Shown here piece by piece: positions 1-8,660 of a stretch of DNA of 64,000 nt (its first letter is position 1; the number at the start of each line of letters is the position of its first letter). The notes under the pieces were generated by a model that saw only the letters and a list, made by a program, of their open reading frames with translations, ran no database searches and was not told where the DNA came from. The stretch comes from Methanolinea sp. (lineage in GTDB: Archaea; Halobacteriota; Methanomicrobia; Methanomicrobiales; Methanospirillaceae). The translations under genes were made by a program, and so were the position numbers. Location of the stretch: positions 6,989 to 70,988 of the forward strand of contig JANIHI010000008.1 of assembly GCA_024518585.1 (NCBI GenBank), written 5' to 3'.

Positions 1-938
1 TTCTCATTCTCGAATTTTTCCCACCTTTTCAGCGCTTTTCTGTAGAGCCCGGCTCTCCTTTTCTGACACTCGGTGAGCAGGTATGTCATCCCTGGCCTGA
101 TGTGGACGGCAAGTTCGGATCTCTCCCTCCCACCGGCAAGTATTCTCTCTTCCGTCTCCAGGAAACCGGGGAGCATGGCTATCCAGACATCCATATCGTG
201 CAATTGTCCAAGGATGTCCTGGAGGCGCCGGAGGTCCTTAATGGCGAAGAGAATCGCATCACCGGTCAGTGGTAAGTAAACCTCAAGGGTATACCGCAGT
301 TTCTTGACAGCGATCCTCATTGCATGGTGCCTTTCAACAGCCAAAGGATCCCTTATATCTTCCCGGAATTCCATGAGGGCCAGTAGTCTCTGCCTGATGG
401 CATCACGTGCCAATGTTGACAGCAAGGGGTCCGGCTCTGTGCCAGGGGACATTTCTGATTTTTTGTGGGCTTTAGCCCAGGCATGGAATTTGTCCGGGAT
501 CTTCTTCTGGCAGATCCGCGAAATGGCCTCCTCGACGGGGCCCTGGAGAGTTTCCCTCTCTTTTTCCAGGATGCGATAGATGTACTCGAGCCCGGGGAGG
601 AGGGATGGGTCTTTTGTCTTTCCTATCATATCCCGTAAAAATTCCAGCTGGACGTCCCTGTCCCGGGCCCTTGAAAGGGCCCTCGTGATGCGGCGGACCC
701 CTTTGATCCAGGATTCCCTCTCCTTTTTGGGCAGGCAGAAAGAAAAGACGGAGAGCGCAGCCCGGAGGCGTCTCGAGGCAACCCGCATGTCGTGGATAAA
801 CCCCGGATCCCGCGAACTCCTGGCGCCTCCTATCTGACCGGCAAATTTCAAAAAAAGTGGTGCAAGCACGGAATATCCGTATCCACAGATCCTCCTTTTC
901 TCTGGTGGAGTATAATCCGGCGGGGATTTACCCGTCAT
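1..938 (-). CDS. CHAD-domain protein (C-terminus lies beyond the window start)
   Basis: Absent from the ORF track because no stop lies inside the window. My minus-strand translation from ATG 938..936 reads MTGKSPPDYT...GFIHDMRVASRRLRAALSVF, and later ERHHAMRIAVKKLRYTLEVY. These are two H-x-x-R-[IV]-A-x-[KR]-[KR]-LR-[AY] helices typical of CHAD domains. The start overlaps the ppk stop by 11 nt. Confidence 0.75.
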   Translation of the reverse strand, partial: MTGKSPPDYTPPEKRRICGYGYSVLAPLFLKFAGQIGGARSSRDPGFIHDMRVASRRLRAALSVFSFCLPKKERESWIKGVRRITRALSRARDRDVQLEFLRDMIGKTKDPSLLPGLEYIYRILEKERETLQGPVEEAISRICQKKIPDKFHAWAKAHKKSEMSPGTEPDPLLSTLARDAIRQRLLALMEFREDIRDPLAVERHHAMRIAVKKLRYTLEVYLPLTGDAILFAIKDLRRLQDILGQLHDMDVWIAMLPGFLETEERILAGGRERSELAVHIRPGMTYLLTECQKRRAGLYRKALKRWEKFENE

Positions 939-3219
939 GGTACTGCCATACCCCCTTGTTCTCGAGGAACCAGGTCTGGGACCGGATCGGCTCCTCGTCC
1001 TCCTGTGGATGCAATCTGCGGTAGGTTCCATCCCCGAGGAGTTCCCAGGCCCTTGTATTGTCTTTCAGATGGATGGCAAGTATTTTGTCAAGGATTGCAT
1101 CCCTGAGTCCCGGATTTTTGACGGGAAAGAGGATCTCTACCCGGCGGTCGAGGTTTCGCGGCCGTAGGTCTGCACTTCCTAGGAAAACTTCATCCTCCCC
1201 CCTGTTATGGAAATGGTAGATCCGGGAATGCTCAAGAAACCTGTCCACGAGCGATGTGACCCGGATCGTGTTGCTGGTCCCCGGGATTCCCGGGCGGAGG
1301 CAGCATATCCCTCTCACGTCAAGCCTGATACGGACGCCGGCCATGGAGGCCCGGTAGAGCCACTGGATGATCTCCCTGTCCTCAAGCCCGTTGACCTTGA
1401 TTGTGATGGCGCCGTTGCCGGATTCTTCCTGGTGCTTGATTTCCCGTTTTATCCTGTTTAGCAGCTCCCTGCGGAGGCTGACAGGTGCGACGATGAGAGA
1501 CCGGAAAGACTGGATCCGGGAGTAACCGGTCAGCATGTTGAAGAGATCGGAGACATCCGCCCCGATCGAGGGATCAGTGGTAAAGAAGGAGAGATCTGCA
1601 TAGAGGCGGGCCGTTGTGGCGTTGTAATTGCCGGTCCCCATGTGGACGTAACGTACAATACGTTCGCCCTCCCGGCGGACAACCATGCAGACCTTTGCGT
1701 GGACTTTCAGCCCAAAGAGACCGTACACGATGTGGACGCCTGCACGTTCGAGGGCTTTTGCCCAGATAATATTCCTTTTTTCATCGAAACGTGCCTTTAA
1801 CTCGACAATAGCGGTAACCTGTTTCCCATTCTGGCGTGCTTCGATGAGGGCATCGATGAGGGGAGAATGTTCATCGATCCGGTAGAGGGTGATCTTGATG
1901 GCCAGAACATCGGGGTCTTCTGCTGCCTGCTGGAGAAATGAGATGACCGGCAGAAAGCTCTCGTAGGGATGGTAGAGAATGATGTCCCGGGTCCGAAGGG
2001 CAGAAAAAATATTTTTCTCAAGGAGAAAGGGAAGGGGAACAGAGGGAAGGAAAGGCGTATATTTCAGGTCAGGTCGCGAGACCGCTGTCATCTCCATGAG
2101 ATCGGCAAAACCGATCGGCCCGGGCAGCCGGTAAACAAGCTGGGGTGAGAGATCGAGTTTTCCCGCTATGATTGAACAGATCTCGGGTGGCGCCTTCTCA
2201 TCAATCTCCAGGCGGATGGGAAACCCCAGTCTCCGTGCCTCCATGCCCTCTTCGACAGCGGCGAGGAGGTCGGATGCCTCGTCTTCACGTATCTCGATAT
2301 CAGCGTCACGGGTTACACGGAAAGGATAGGCAGCGTTAATAGGCACCCCGGGAAAGAGGAGATCGAGATTGGACGCAACGAGGTCTTCCAGCAGGACATA
2401 TCCCGTCTCCTTCCCTGTCCCGTTATCCCGTTGAGGAGATATCCGGATTAATCGTGAAAAAATGGAGACCGGGACCTTTACGCGCGAGAAAAGGCGTCCC
2501 CTTTTTGGGTCCTTCAGAATCACAGCGAGGTTGAGGGAGAGGTTTGAGATGAAGGGGAATGGATGTGTGGCATCAAAAGCGAGGGGGGTGAGGACCGGTG
2601 CGATATCTGTTTCGAATTTCCCTCTCAGGTATTCCCTCTCGTCTTCCCGGAGGTCTGAATACCGTTTGATACGGATCCCCTGGAGTTCCAGGAGGGGCAC
2701 GAGCCGGTCTTGCCAGCATTCCCTGGACTCCTTGTAGAGTGAGGTGGCCATTTCGCGTATTTTTACCATTTGCTCATCGGGTGACAAGCCATCGGGGGGA
2801 AGTTCAAGGGCTCCGGCCTTCTGTTGTCTCCGGAGTCCGGAGACGCGAATCATGAAGAATTCATCAAGGTTGCTCGCGAAAAGTGCCAGAAATTTTACCC
2901 TCTCGAGAAGGGGATGGCAATCTGCCTTTGCCTCGCAGAGGATCCGCCGGGTGAACTGGAGCCAGCTGATCTCCCTGTTGATAAAGAGTGCAGGGGAATC
3001 AAGGGGGATCCCCGGTTCTCCCCCCGCATCATCAATTGCCGGTGTCAGAAGAGACCTCTCCCTTTTTCTCTCGTTGTAATTAGTATGGCTGACCATTTCA
3101 ATAAAATCACCCATGATGCGTTCAGGATCAGGCACGTTGGATGAGAACAAGGAGGCATTTTCACAGAAAATGCCCTTTGCTGCCATGCAGGTGAGAATAA
3201 AAGATGGAAATGGGTGCAT
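928..3219 (-). CDS. ppk: polyphosphate kinase 1
   Basis: 763-aa ORF with FINREISWLQFTRRIL near the N-terminus and HMGTGNYNATTARLYADLSFFT, typical of PPK1. The first ~35 aa are not PPK-like, so the true start may be an internal Met. Confidence 0.9.
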   Translation of the reverse strand: MHPFPSFILTCMAAKGIFCENASLFSSNVPDPERIMGDFIEMVSHTNYNERKRERSLLTPAIDDAGGEPGIPLDSPALFINREISWLQFTRRILCEAKADCHPLLERVKFLALFASNLDEFFMIRVSGLRRQQKAGALELPPDGLSPDEQMVKIREMATSLYKESRECWQDRLVPLLELQGIRIKRYSDLREDEREYLRGKFETDIAPVLTPLAFDATHPFPFISNLSLNLAVILKDPKRGRLFSRVKVPVSIFSRLIRISPQRDNGTGKETGYVLLEDLVASNLDLLFPGVPINAAYPFRVTRDADIEIREDEASDLLAAVEEGMEARRLGFPIRLEIDEKAPPEICSIIAGKLDLSPQLVYRLPGPIGFADLMEMTAVSRPDLKYTPFLPSVPLPFLLEKNIFSALRTRDIILYHPYESFLPVISFLQQAAEDPDVLAIKITLYRIDEHSPLIDALIEARQNGKQVTAIVELKARFDEKRNIIWAKALERAGVHIVYGLFGLKVHAKVCMVVRREGERIVRYVHMGTGNYNATTARLYADLSFFTTDPSIGADVSDLFNMLTGYSRIQSFRSLIVAPVSLRRELLNRIKREIKHQEESGNGAITIKVNGLEDREIIQWLYRASMAGVRIRLDVRGICCLRPGIPGTSNTIRVTSLVDRFLEHSRIYHFHNRGEDEVFLGSADLRPRNLDRRVEILFPVKNPGLRDAILDKILAIHLKDNTRAWELLGDGTYRRLHPQEDEEPIRSQTWFLENKGVWQYHDG

Positions 3220-3344
3220 CAGTCATAGTCGGGACCGCGTCTGCAGATTCCCTTGGGGGACTTTTGACCGGTTTTTCACAATTTGGCTGGTATCATTTTT
3301 TATCACCACCTCTCACCATCAGGATACCTGAAACCTCTGAGTAA

Positions 3345-3373
3345 TTCAAATTTTTTTGAACAAATTTAATATA
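3345..3373 (+). promoter_or_regulatory. palindrome TTCAAA-TTTT-TTTGAA followed 4 nt later by TATA-like TTTAATATA
   Basis: Read directly: ttcaaa 3345-3350, tttgaa 3355-3360, tttaatata 3365-3373. It is an AT-rich island in a GC-rich genome. Its position implies a TSS near 3400, which favours ATG 3450 over ATG 3387 as the start. Confidence 0.4.
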
Positions 3374-3449
3374 CGGGGAGGAGTGAATGGAACAATACTG
3401 GACTCCCCGGGCAGGACCCAGGGAGACCAGCAGAAGGGGGAATGAAGAA

Positions 3450-4949
3450 ATGTCTGAATTATACAAAAAAATGGTCCACGAGGCGATGGCAGCCCAGCGG
3501 GCCGACGTGGAAACGGTCAGGAAGAAGAGAGGACAGTCCTTTGTCATCGATGATGCAAAGGCATACCTCGATGCCGTGAAGTTGATGAAACCAATCGGGG
3601 AACAGTCAAAAGCAGTCTTCTCCCTTCACGTGGAATCGGTCAAAGCCCATTTTGACGTCCTCGAGAAACTGACACAAACCGTCCGGCCCGAAGATGATCC
3701 CTTTGTCGAGCATTACCAGACACCCGTGGTGATGGAAATCCTCTACGACCAGGACCCGGCGTTCAAGAAGAGCGTTGATGCCTTCGTCAAGGCGATTGGA
3801 AAGGCCGAGGCACTCATCGGGAAGGAGTCTGCCCGCCGGTATGCAGGCTTCTATGGGCCGACCTGTGTTGTTGACTTTGCACTCATTCCGGGCAGCACGA
3901 GCAATGTCGTGAACCAGGTCCTGCAGAAGACCGATATCCCTGCCGCCCACAAGCAGGCGATCCTTGCTTCAAAGTCCTGGGGCATGAACACGTCATACGG
4001 GATTGGGGAGGTATTTGCCCACGAGGTCGAGAAGGGTGCCACCCTTGCCGATGCGGTCAAAGCAGAGATCAAGATGCTCCAGGCGGTCTACGAAAACCCG
4101 GTGGAGACGCAGGCAAAGCTGATGGACGATGCCGGAATGAGCTCATTTGACTGCCGGAAGTACATGTCCGGGTACCGGAAAAAGATGGAAGCTCCGGTCA
4201 GGGCGGCGATCGATGACGGAATCCACTACGGAAACATCGTTACAATTCCCGCGTACTGCGTGGGGGATATTGCCCACCACATCGCCCAGTCCACCTTCAA
4301 CATGTGCAAGGACGACGTCATCATGGCCACGATCGATGCTGCCACCGAGGTAATGGACAGGAACCTGAACGCAGCAGTCCCGAAATTCAGGAACGAATAT
4401 GATGTCCTCTCGGTTGCGACCGGGGCTTCGGCCTGTGCTGCCGAGTACCTCCTGGAACTGGACGGCTTTAATGCCATCATGGTAGTCGACCTCCTCACGA
4501 AACGGTGGCACAACTATGTGCAGCTTTACCCGCGCCGTGGGGCAGCGGCCGAACTGCACAACTGCGACTTCATGGACATGATCTACCGGGGCTGGAAGTA
4601 CATCGATAAGGCCAGGCGGGCCCAGAACGGGCATTCCGGCATGTTGAAACCGAAAGTGGGAGGCTTCGATATTGACCTTTCGCCGATCCACGAGAACGAG
4701 GTCCTCATGAACCCCCAGCGGTATGCGTACCCGGCATGTGCCATCACCGTGCGTGCGTCGGCGATGCTGCGCCTCGCCGACTATCCCTGCCTCTTGACAA
4801 GCGAGCCCGTGACGGCGACCCTCATGACCAACATCATCGCCCTGCACAAGGAGGTTGCCGCAGCCCCGGCCAGGATCTGCAAGGACTGTGCATCGGCAGC
4901 GCTCATGGACTTCCGGCATTGCTATTGCCAGTGGAGAGAAGCAGTCTAA
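3450..4949 (+). CDS. conserved archaeal/methanogen protein of unknown function (~500 aa; I recall this family as DUF2193 but cannot verify)
   Basis: Long ORF with protein-like composition. Start chosen at MSELYKKM (GGGGGA about 12 nt upstream). C-terminal CKDC...HCYC cysteine cluster. No catalytic motif that I recognise. Confidence 0.7.
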   Translation: MSELYKKMVHEAMAAQRADVETVRKKRGQSFVIDDAKAYLDAVKLMKPIGEQSKAVFSLHVESVKAHFDVLEKLTQTVRPEDDPFVEHYQTPVVMEILYDQDPAFKKSVDAFVKAIGKAEALIGKESARRYAGFYGPTCVVDFALIPGSTSNVVNQVLQKTDIPAAHKQAILASKSWGMNTSYGIGEVFAHEVEKGATLADAVKAEIKMLQAVYENPVETQAKLMDDAGMSSFDCRKYMSGYRKKMEAPVRAAIDDGIHYGNIVTIPAYCVGDIAHHIAQSTFNMCKDDVIMATIDAATEVMDRNLNAAVPKFRNEYDVLSVATGASACAAEYLLELDGFNAIMVVDLLTKRWHNYVQLYPRRGAAAELHNCDFMDMIYRGWKYIDKARRAQNGHSGMLKPKVGGFDIDLSPIHENEVLMNPQRYAYPACAITVRASAMLRLADYPCLLTSEPVTATLMTNIIALHKEVAAAPARICKDCASAALMDFRHCYCQWREAV

Positions 4950-4969
4950 AGCAGAGCTGGTGAGGTCAC

Positions 4970-5179
4970 ATGAAGTGCTATGTCTGTGTGAAAGAAGGGC
5001 GGTCCACCGATGCGGTTGCGGTGTGTATCGTCTGCGGCATGGGTCTTTGCAAAGATCATGCCATACGCGAGGAATTGGACCTGTGGGAGGGGGGCTACCC
5101 CTTCCCGGCCAAGAAGGTGAAGGCAAAGATCCCACGCATTCTCTGTCCCGAGTGCTACCAGGCACTCAAGGGGAAGTGA
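4970..5179 (+). CDS. small Cys-rich zinc-ribbon-like protein (69 aa; DUF2180-like from memory)
   Basis: CYVC...CIVCGMGLC..H...CPEC pattern. Lies 20 nt after the preceding gene and 4 nt before the aquaporin gene. Confidence 0.6.
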   Translation: MKCYVCVKEGRSTDAVAVCIVCGMGLCKDHAIREELDLWEGGYPFPAKKVKAKIPRILCPECYQALKGK

Positions 5180-5183
5180 GACG

Positions 5184-5939
5184 ATGAGCGATCTCGCAAA
5201 GCGTTGCATTGCAGAACTTGCCGGCACCGCCCTCCTCGTCTATTTCGGTGCAGGTGCCGCGGCAATCACCCTCATGATCGCCCGCGGAACAGACACGGGG
5301 ACACCCTTCAACATCGGCATTGGGGCACTGGGAGGGCTTGGGGACTGGTTTGCCATCGGGATGGCGTTTGCCATCGTGATCGCCGCAGTCATCTATTCGA
5401 TGGGAAGGGTCTCGGGCGCCCATATCAACCCTGCCGTGACTGTCGCGCTCTTCGCAACGAAGAGGTTTCCCGCCGGCGATGCCGGTGCGTACATCGTTGC
5501 CCAGCTGGTCGGGGGAGCCATTGGCAGCCTGCTCTTTGCCGCCAGTGCAGGGATGGAGGCGGTCATGGTCGGGGGACTCGGGGCTACTGCACCCTTCCCG
5601 GGGATCGGCTACGGCCAGGCGATCCTCGCGGAAGCAATCGGCACCTTTGTCCTGATGCTGGTTATCATGGGCATTGCCGTCGATAAGAAGGCACCCCAGG
5701 GTTTTGCCGGGTTGATCATCGGGTTGACCGTCGGAGGGGTGATCACGACAACCGGCAACATCGCGGGCGCATCCCTCAATACGGCCCGCACATTCGGCCC
5801 GTACCTGGTCGATTCCCTCCTGGGGGGACCGGACCTCTGGGTGTACTTCCCGATCTACATCATCGGCCCCATCATCGGTGCGGTCATTGCGGCGTTCTTC
5901 TATGACTACCTTGCAGGGGAAGGCAGTGCGACTGCCTGA
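5184..5939 (+). CDS. aqpM: MIP-family channel, AqpM-like aquaporin
   Basis: KRCIAELAGTALLVYFGAG, GLGDWFAIGMAF, HINPAVT (first NPA box) and SLNTARTFGPY (second box reads NTA). From memory it is closely collinear with Methanothermobacter AqpM. Confidence 0.9.
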   Translation: MSDLAKRCIAELAGTALLVYFGAGAAAITLMIARGTDTGTPFNIGIGALGGLGDWFAIGMAFAIVIAAVIYSMGRVSGAHINPAVTVALFATKRFPAGDAGAYIVAQLVGGAIGSLLFAASAGMEAVMVGGLGATAPFPGIGYGQAILAEAIGTFVLMLVIMGIAVDKKAPQGFAGLIIGLTVGGVITTTGNIAGASLNTARTFGPYLVDSLLGGPDLWVYFPIYIIGPIIGAVIAAFFYDYLAGEGSATA

Positions 5940-6344
5940 ATGAGGGTAAAAAGACGAGCACCGGAGAGAAACCATGGCAGAAAAGGGGCTGCCATGTCCC
6001 TATCAGGAGTCGGGCGGGCAGTCCAGTTCCCCCTCTCTTCTCTCGTGTCCCGGGTAATGGGATGCCATTGACACAGGACGTGCAGTTTTTATACCAGTGA
6101 CCGGCAAGTCCTGCATCATGTGCCGGAAAGTTATCTGTCCCTCCTGCAGGGAGGCGAAAGTGCGTGTCGCCATGATGAGGGCGTACATCAGGCCGAGGGG
6201 GCCCGATGGAAGACCCCGGTTGGTCCCGGTCGGGTGGTGGTGCCCCTCGTGCGGAGGATTCCAGAAGGAGTGATATCGGGAGAAACCATTTTCTTTTTCC
6301 CCGACCCGGAACAAATATCTCCCCGGCCCAAAAAAGACTCTCCC

Positions 6345-6725
6345 ATGGGCCAGTGGGTCAGGGACATGGTCGGGCTCGGTGTATTTCTCTGGTTACTCGG
6401 TTATATCGCCTCAATCCTGCTCTTTTTTTCGCCGTATGCCCCCATCATGGGATGGGTCATTACTCCTGCATTCATTCCGGTTACCATTGCCATCACATGG
6501 TGGTGGTTCCGGCGACGAAGGCTCCCTCTTTCCTATTACATCCGGGTGGGACTGGTCTGGACAGTTATTGCTGTTGTATTCGACTACCTTTTCATCGTCG
6601 TGCTCTTTCATGCCACCTATTACGCCATCGATGTCTTTTTGTACTATGGCCTGACGTTCCTGATACCTGTCGGAGTCGGCCTGTTCATTGACCAAAGCGA
6701 GGGGAAAAAGGACACGGAAGGGTGA
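6345..6725 (+). CDS. small integral membrane protein (126 aa, about 4 TM helices)
   Basis: From ATG 6345 (MGQWVRDMVGLGVFLWLLGY...) the product is strongly hydrophobic with a WWWFRRRR positive-inside loop. The upstream part of track ORF 6120..6725 is not protein-like. Confidence 0.55.
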   Translation: MGQWVRDMVGLGVFLWLLGYIASILLFFSPYAPIMGWVITPAFIPVTIAITWWWFRRRRLPLSYYIRVGLVWTVIAVVFDYLFIVVLFHATYYAIDVFLYYGLTFLIPVGVGLFIDQSEGKKDTEG

Positions 6726-6921
6726 AAAGGGGCCCGTGGGGAGCAGAAAAAGTCACCCTGTACTCCCTTTTCGATCTGAGGCGGACCCGGACAGTCTCAT
6801 TTCCCAACCTGCTTACGAAGGTATTGGGGGAGCTCGTTTTTTTCGGGTGATTTTTGGGGGTGGTATGTCCCAAATATCCCTTGCTTGCGGGAGAGGGAAC
6901 CACCCTTGTCATTTCCGCCAT

Positions 6922-6975
6922 GTTCATATATGTTGAACGATGATATTTCAAATGTATTTGAAATGACTTTATTCG
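6922..6975 (+). promoter_or_regulatory. two palindromes (GTTCA-N7-TGAAC; ATTTCAAAT-GT-ATTTGAAAT) with TATA-like elements upstream of the permease operon
   Basis: gttca 6922-6926 / tgaac 6934-6938 flank tatatgt. A perfect 9-2-9 inverted repeat lies at 6945-6964 and contains TTCAAA-tgta-TTTGAA (6947-6962). CTTTATTC starts 4 nt after it. Confidence 0.45.
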
Positions 6976-7062
6976 TGTTGTTTCCCCAAAACCGAGGGAC
7001 GATGGGTGTCCGGGTCCCTTGGATGTGCGAGTCTCTCAGATGGCGCAGGGGACCCCGGAGTC

Positions 7063-8151
7063 ATGGAAGGGATTGCAATGATTGATGCTCTCATCGGATC
7101 GCTCATGCTTGGCTGGGAGACGCTCGCGGGATACCTCCAGGAGCATGTCCTCACCTGCCTCGTGCCCGCGTTCTTCATCGCCGGCGCGATAGCCATCTTT
7201 ATCAAGAAGGAGGCTATCCTCAAGTATTTCAGCCCTGACTCCCCGAAACCGGTTGCCTACGGGCTGGCATCGGTATCGGGGACGGTGCTTGCGGTCTGCT
7301 CCTGCACCATACTCCCGATGTTTGCCGGGCTCTTCAAGAGGGGGAGCGGGATCGGCCCTGCCACCACGTTTCTCTATGCAGGACCTGCCATCAACATCCT
7401 TGCCATTGTCTACACCGCAAAGGTGCTCGGATTTGACCTCGGGATTGCAAGGGCAGTCTTTGCTATCGGGATGTCGATCCTCATCGGCCTGATCATGGCG
7501 ATGCTCTTTCGGTCCTACGATACGGAGACGAAGGAGAAGATGAAACTCATGCCCTCGGTCCCCGCGGGTGAGAGGCCGGAGCGACCTGGATGGGCTGTCC
7601 CCCTCTTCTTCGTCCTGCTCGTCGGCATCCTGGTCACGGCCACTGCGCGGGTCGACTGGATGATCAAGTTCCCTATCATCTACGCCATGACCCTGGTGGT
7701 CGCCTACCTCCTGGTCTACTTCTTCGAGCGGGACGAGGTCACCGAGTGGGGATACGAGACCTGGGACCTGACAAAGAAGATCTTCCCCATCCTCATCATT
7801 GGGACCTTCTTCCTCGGGATGCTCGCCTTCTTCCTCCCGCCCGAGTCTTTCCGTCCGTTCTTCGGGAACAACTCTATCCTTTCCACGCTCCTTGCAGCCA
7901 TCGTGGGAACAATCCTGTACATGCCGACCCTGCTTGAGGTGCCAGTTATCGGGACCACGTTTGGCTACACGACTGGCGTGATGGCGGGAGGCCCTGCACT
8001 CTCCCTCCTCCTCTCAGGCCCGAGTGTCAGCCTCCCCTCGCTCCTCGTGCTCTCCCGCATCATGGGGGCAAAAAAGACTGTCACGTATGCGATACTGGTC
8101 ATTGCCTTCTCGGCTCTTGCAGGGTTTGCCTACGGGGTGTTTCTGGGGTAG
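7063..8151 (+). CDS. ArsP-like / YraQ-type permease (PF03773-type predicted permease)
   Basis: Polytopic membrane protein with the vicinal-cysteine motif VLAVCSCTILPMFAGL seen in ArsP-family permeases. Start uncertain (ATG 7063 or 7078). Confidence 0.7.
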   Translation: MEGIAMIDALIGSLMLGWETLAGYLQEHVLTCLVPAFFIAGAIAIFIKKEAILKYFSPDSPKPVAYGLASVSGTVLAVCSCTILPMFAGLFKRGSGIGPATTFLYAGPAINILAIVYTAKVLGFDLGIARAVFAIGMSILIGLIMAMLFRSYDTETKEKMKLMPSVPAGERPERPGWAVPLFFVLLVGILVTATARVDWMIKFPIIYAMTLVVAYLLVYFFERDEVTEWGYETWDLTKKIFPILIIGTFFLGMLAFFLPPESFRPFFGNNSILSTLLAAIVGTILYMPTLLEVPVIGTTFGYTTGVMAGGPALSLLLSGPSVSLPSLLVLSRIMGAKKTVTYAILVIAFSALAGFAYGVFLG

Positions 8152-8164
8152 GGTGAAGTATCAT

Positions 8165-8425
8165 ATGGGAGAGAGAGATAAACCGTGCTGTGCGGCAGAA
8201 GCTCTCCGGCGTATCCGGCAGGTGGACGTCGGGGGTATTACCGTCGGGCTCGCGATGCTCGATGACATCATCGATGAGGTGCAGGGGCTCCACCTTGCAT
8301 CAAAAGATGCGATTGTCAACGAGCTCGTCAAGCGCATAAAGGTCTATAATTACGTTCCCCCATCAGCGGAGGACAAGTATCGGGAAGCAATGTATCGTGA
8401 GTATGAAAAAAAGGTGAAATCATGA
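8165..8425 (+). CDS. hypothetical 86-aa protein (N-terminal PCC motif)
   Basis: ATG 8165 lies just after the permease stop, and its own stop overlaps the next start (ATGA at 8422). Conserved-looking charged C-terminus. No family recognised. Confidence 0.5.
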   Translation: MGERDKPCCAAEALRRIRQVDVGGITVGLAMLDDIIDEVQGLHLASKDAIVNELVKRIKVYNYVPPSAEDKYREAMYREYEKKVKS

Positions 8426-8655
8426 AGATCGAGATCCTTGGGACTGGGTGCATGAAGTGCAAACGGCTGGCAAAGAACGTTGAACACGCAGTCGCGGAGA
8501 TGGGGATTTCCGCCGAGATCCAGAAGGTGGAGGACATCACCGCGATCATGGACCGGGGGGTCATGCTCACCCCTGCGCTGATAGTGGATGGTGAACTGAA
8601 GGTTTCGGGTAGGGTAGCCGATGTAAAAGAATTGAAGGAGATCCTAAAGAGGTGA
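8422..8655 (+). CDS. thioredoxin-fold redox-active disulfide protein 2-like (77 aa)
   Basis: MKIEILGTGCMKCKRL... has the N-terminal CxxC and ...TPALIVDGELKVSGR typical of this small Trx-like family. Confidence 0.85.
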   Translation: MKIEILGTGCMKCKRLAKNVEHAVAEMGISAEIQKVEDITAIMDRGVMLTPALIVDGELKVSGRVADVKELKEILKR

Positions 8656-8660
8656 AATCA

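Noticed and set aside
3387-3449. ATG 3387 as the start of the ~500-aa protein
   Set aside because: It lies only 14 nt after the TATA-like box and so is probably upstream of the TSS. The 21 extra residues are R/P/G-rich, and ATG 3450 has a G-rich RBS.
4143-5975. Minus-strand ORFs 4143..5165 (340 aa) and 5166..5975 (269 aa)
   Set aside because: They are antisense to the ~500-aa conserved protein and to the aquaporin gene. Composition is R/G/P/D-rich with no recognisable domains.
8024-8164. Longer form of the 86-aa ORF starting at 8024
   Set aside because: The extension overlaps the permease C-terminus in another frame and is S/R/P-rich. ATG 8165 directly follows the permease stop.
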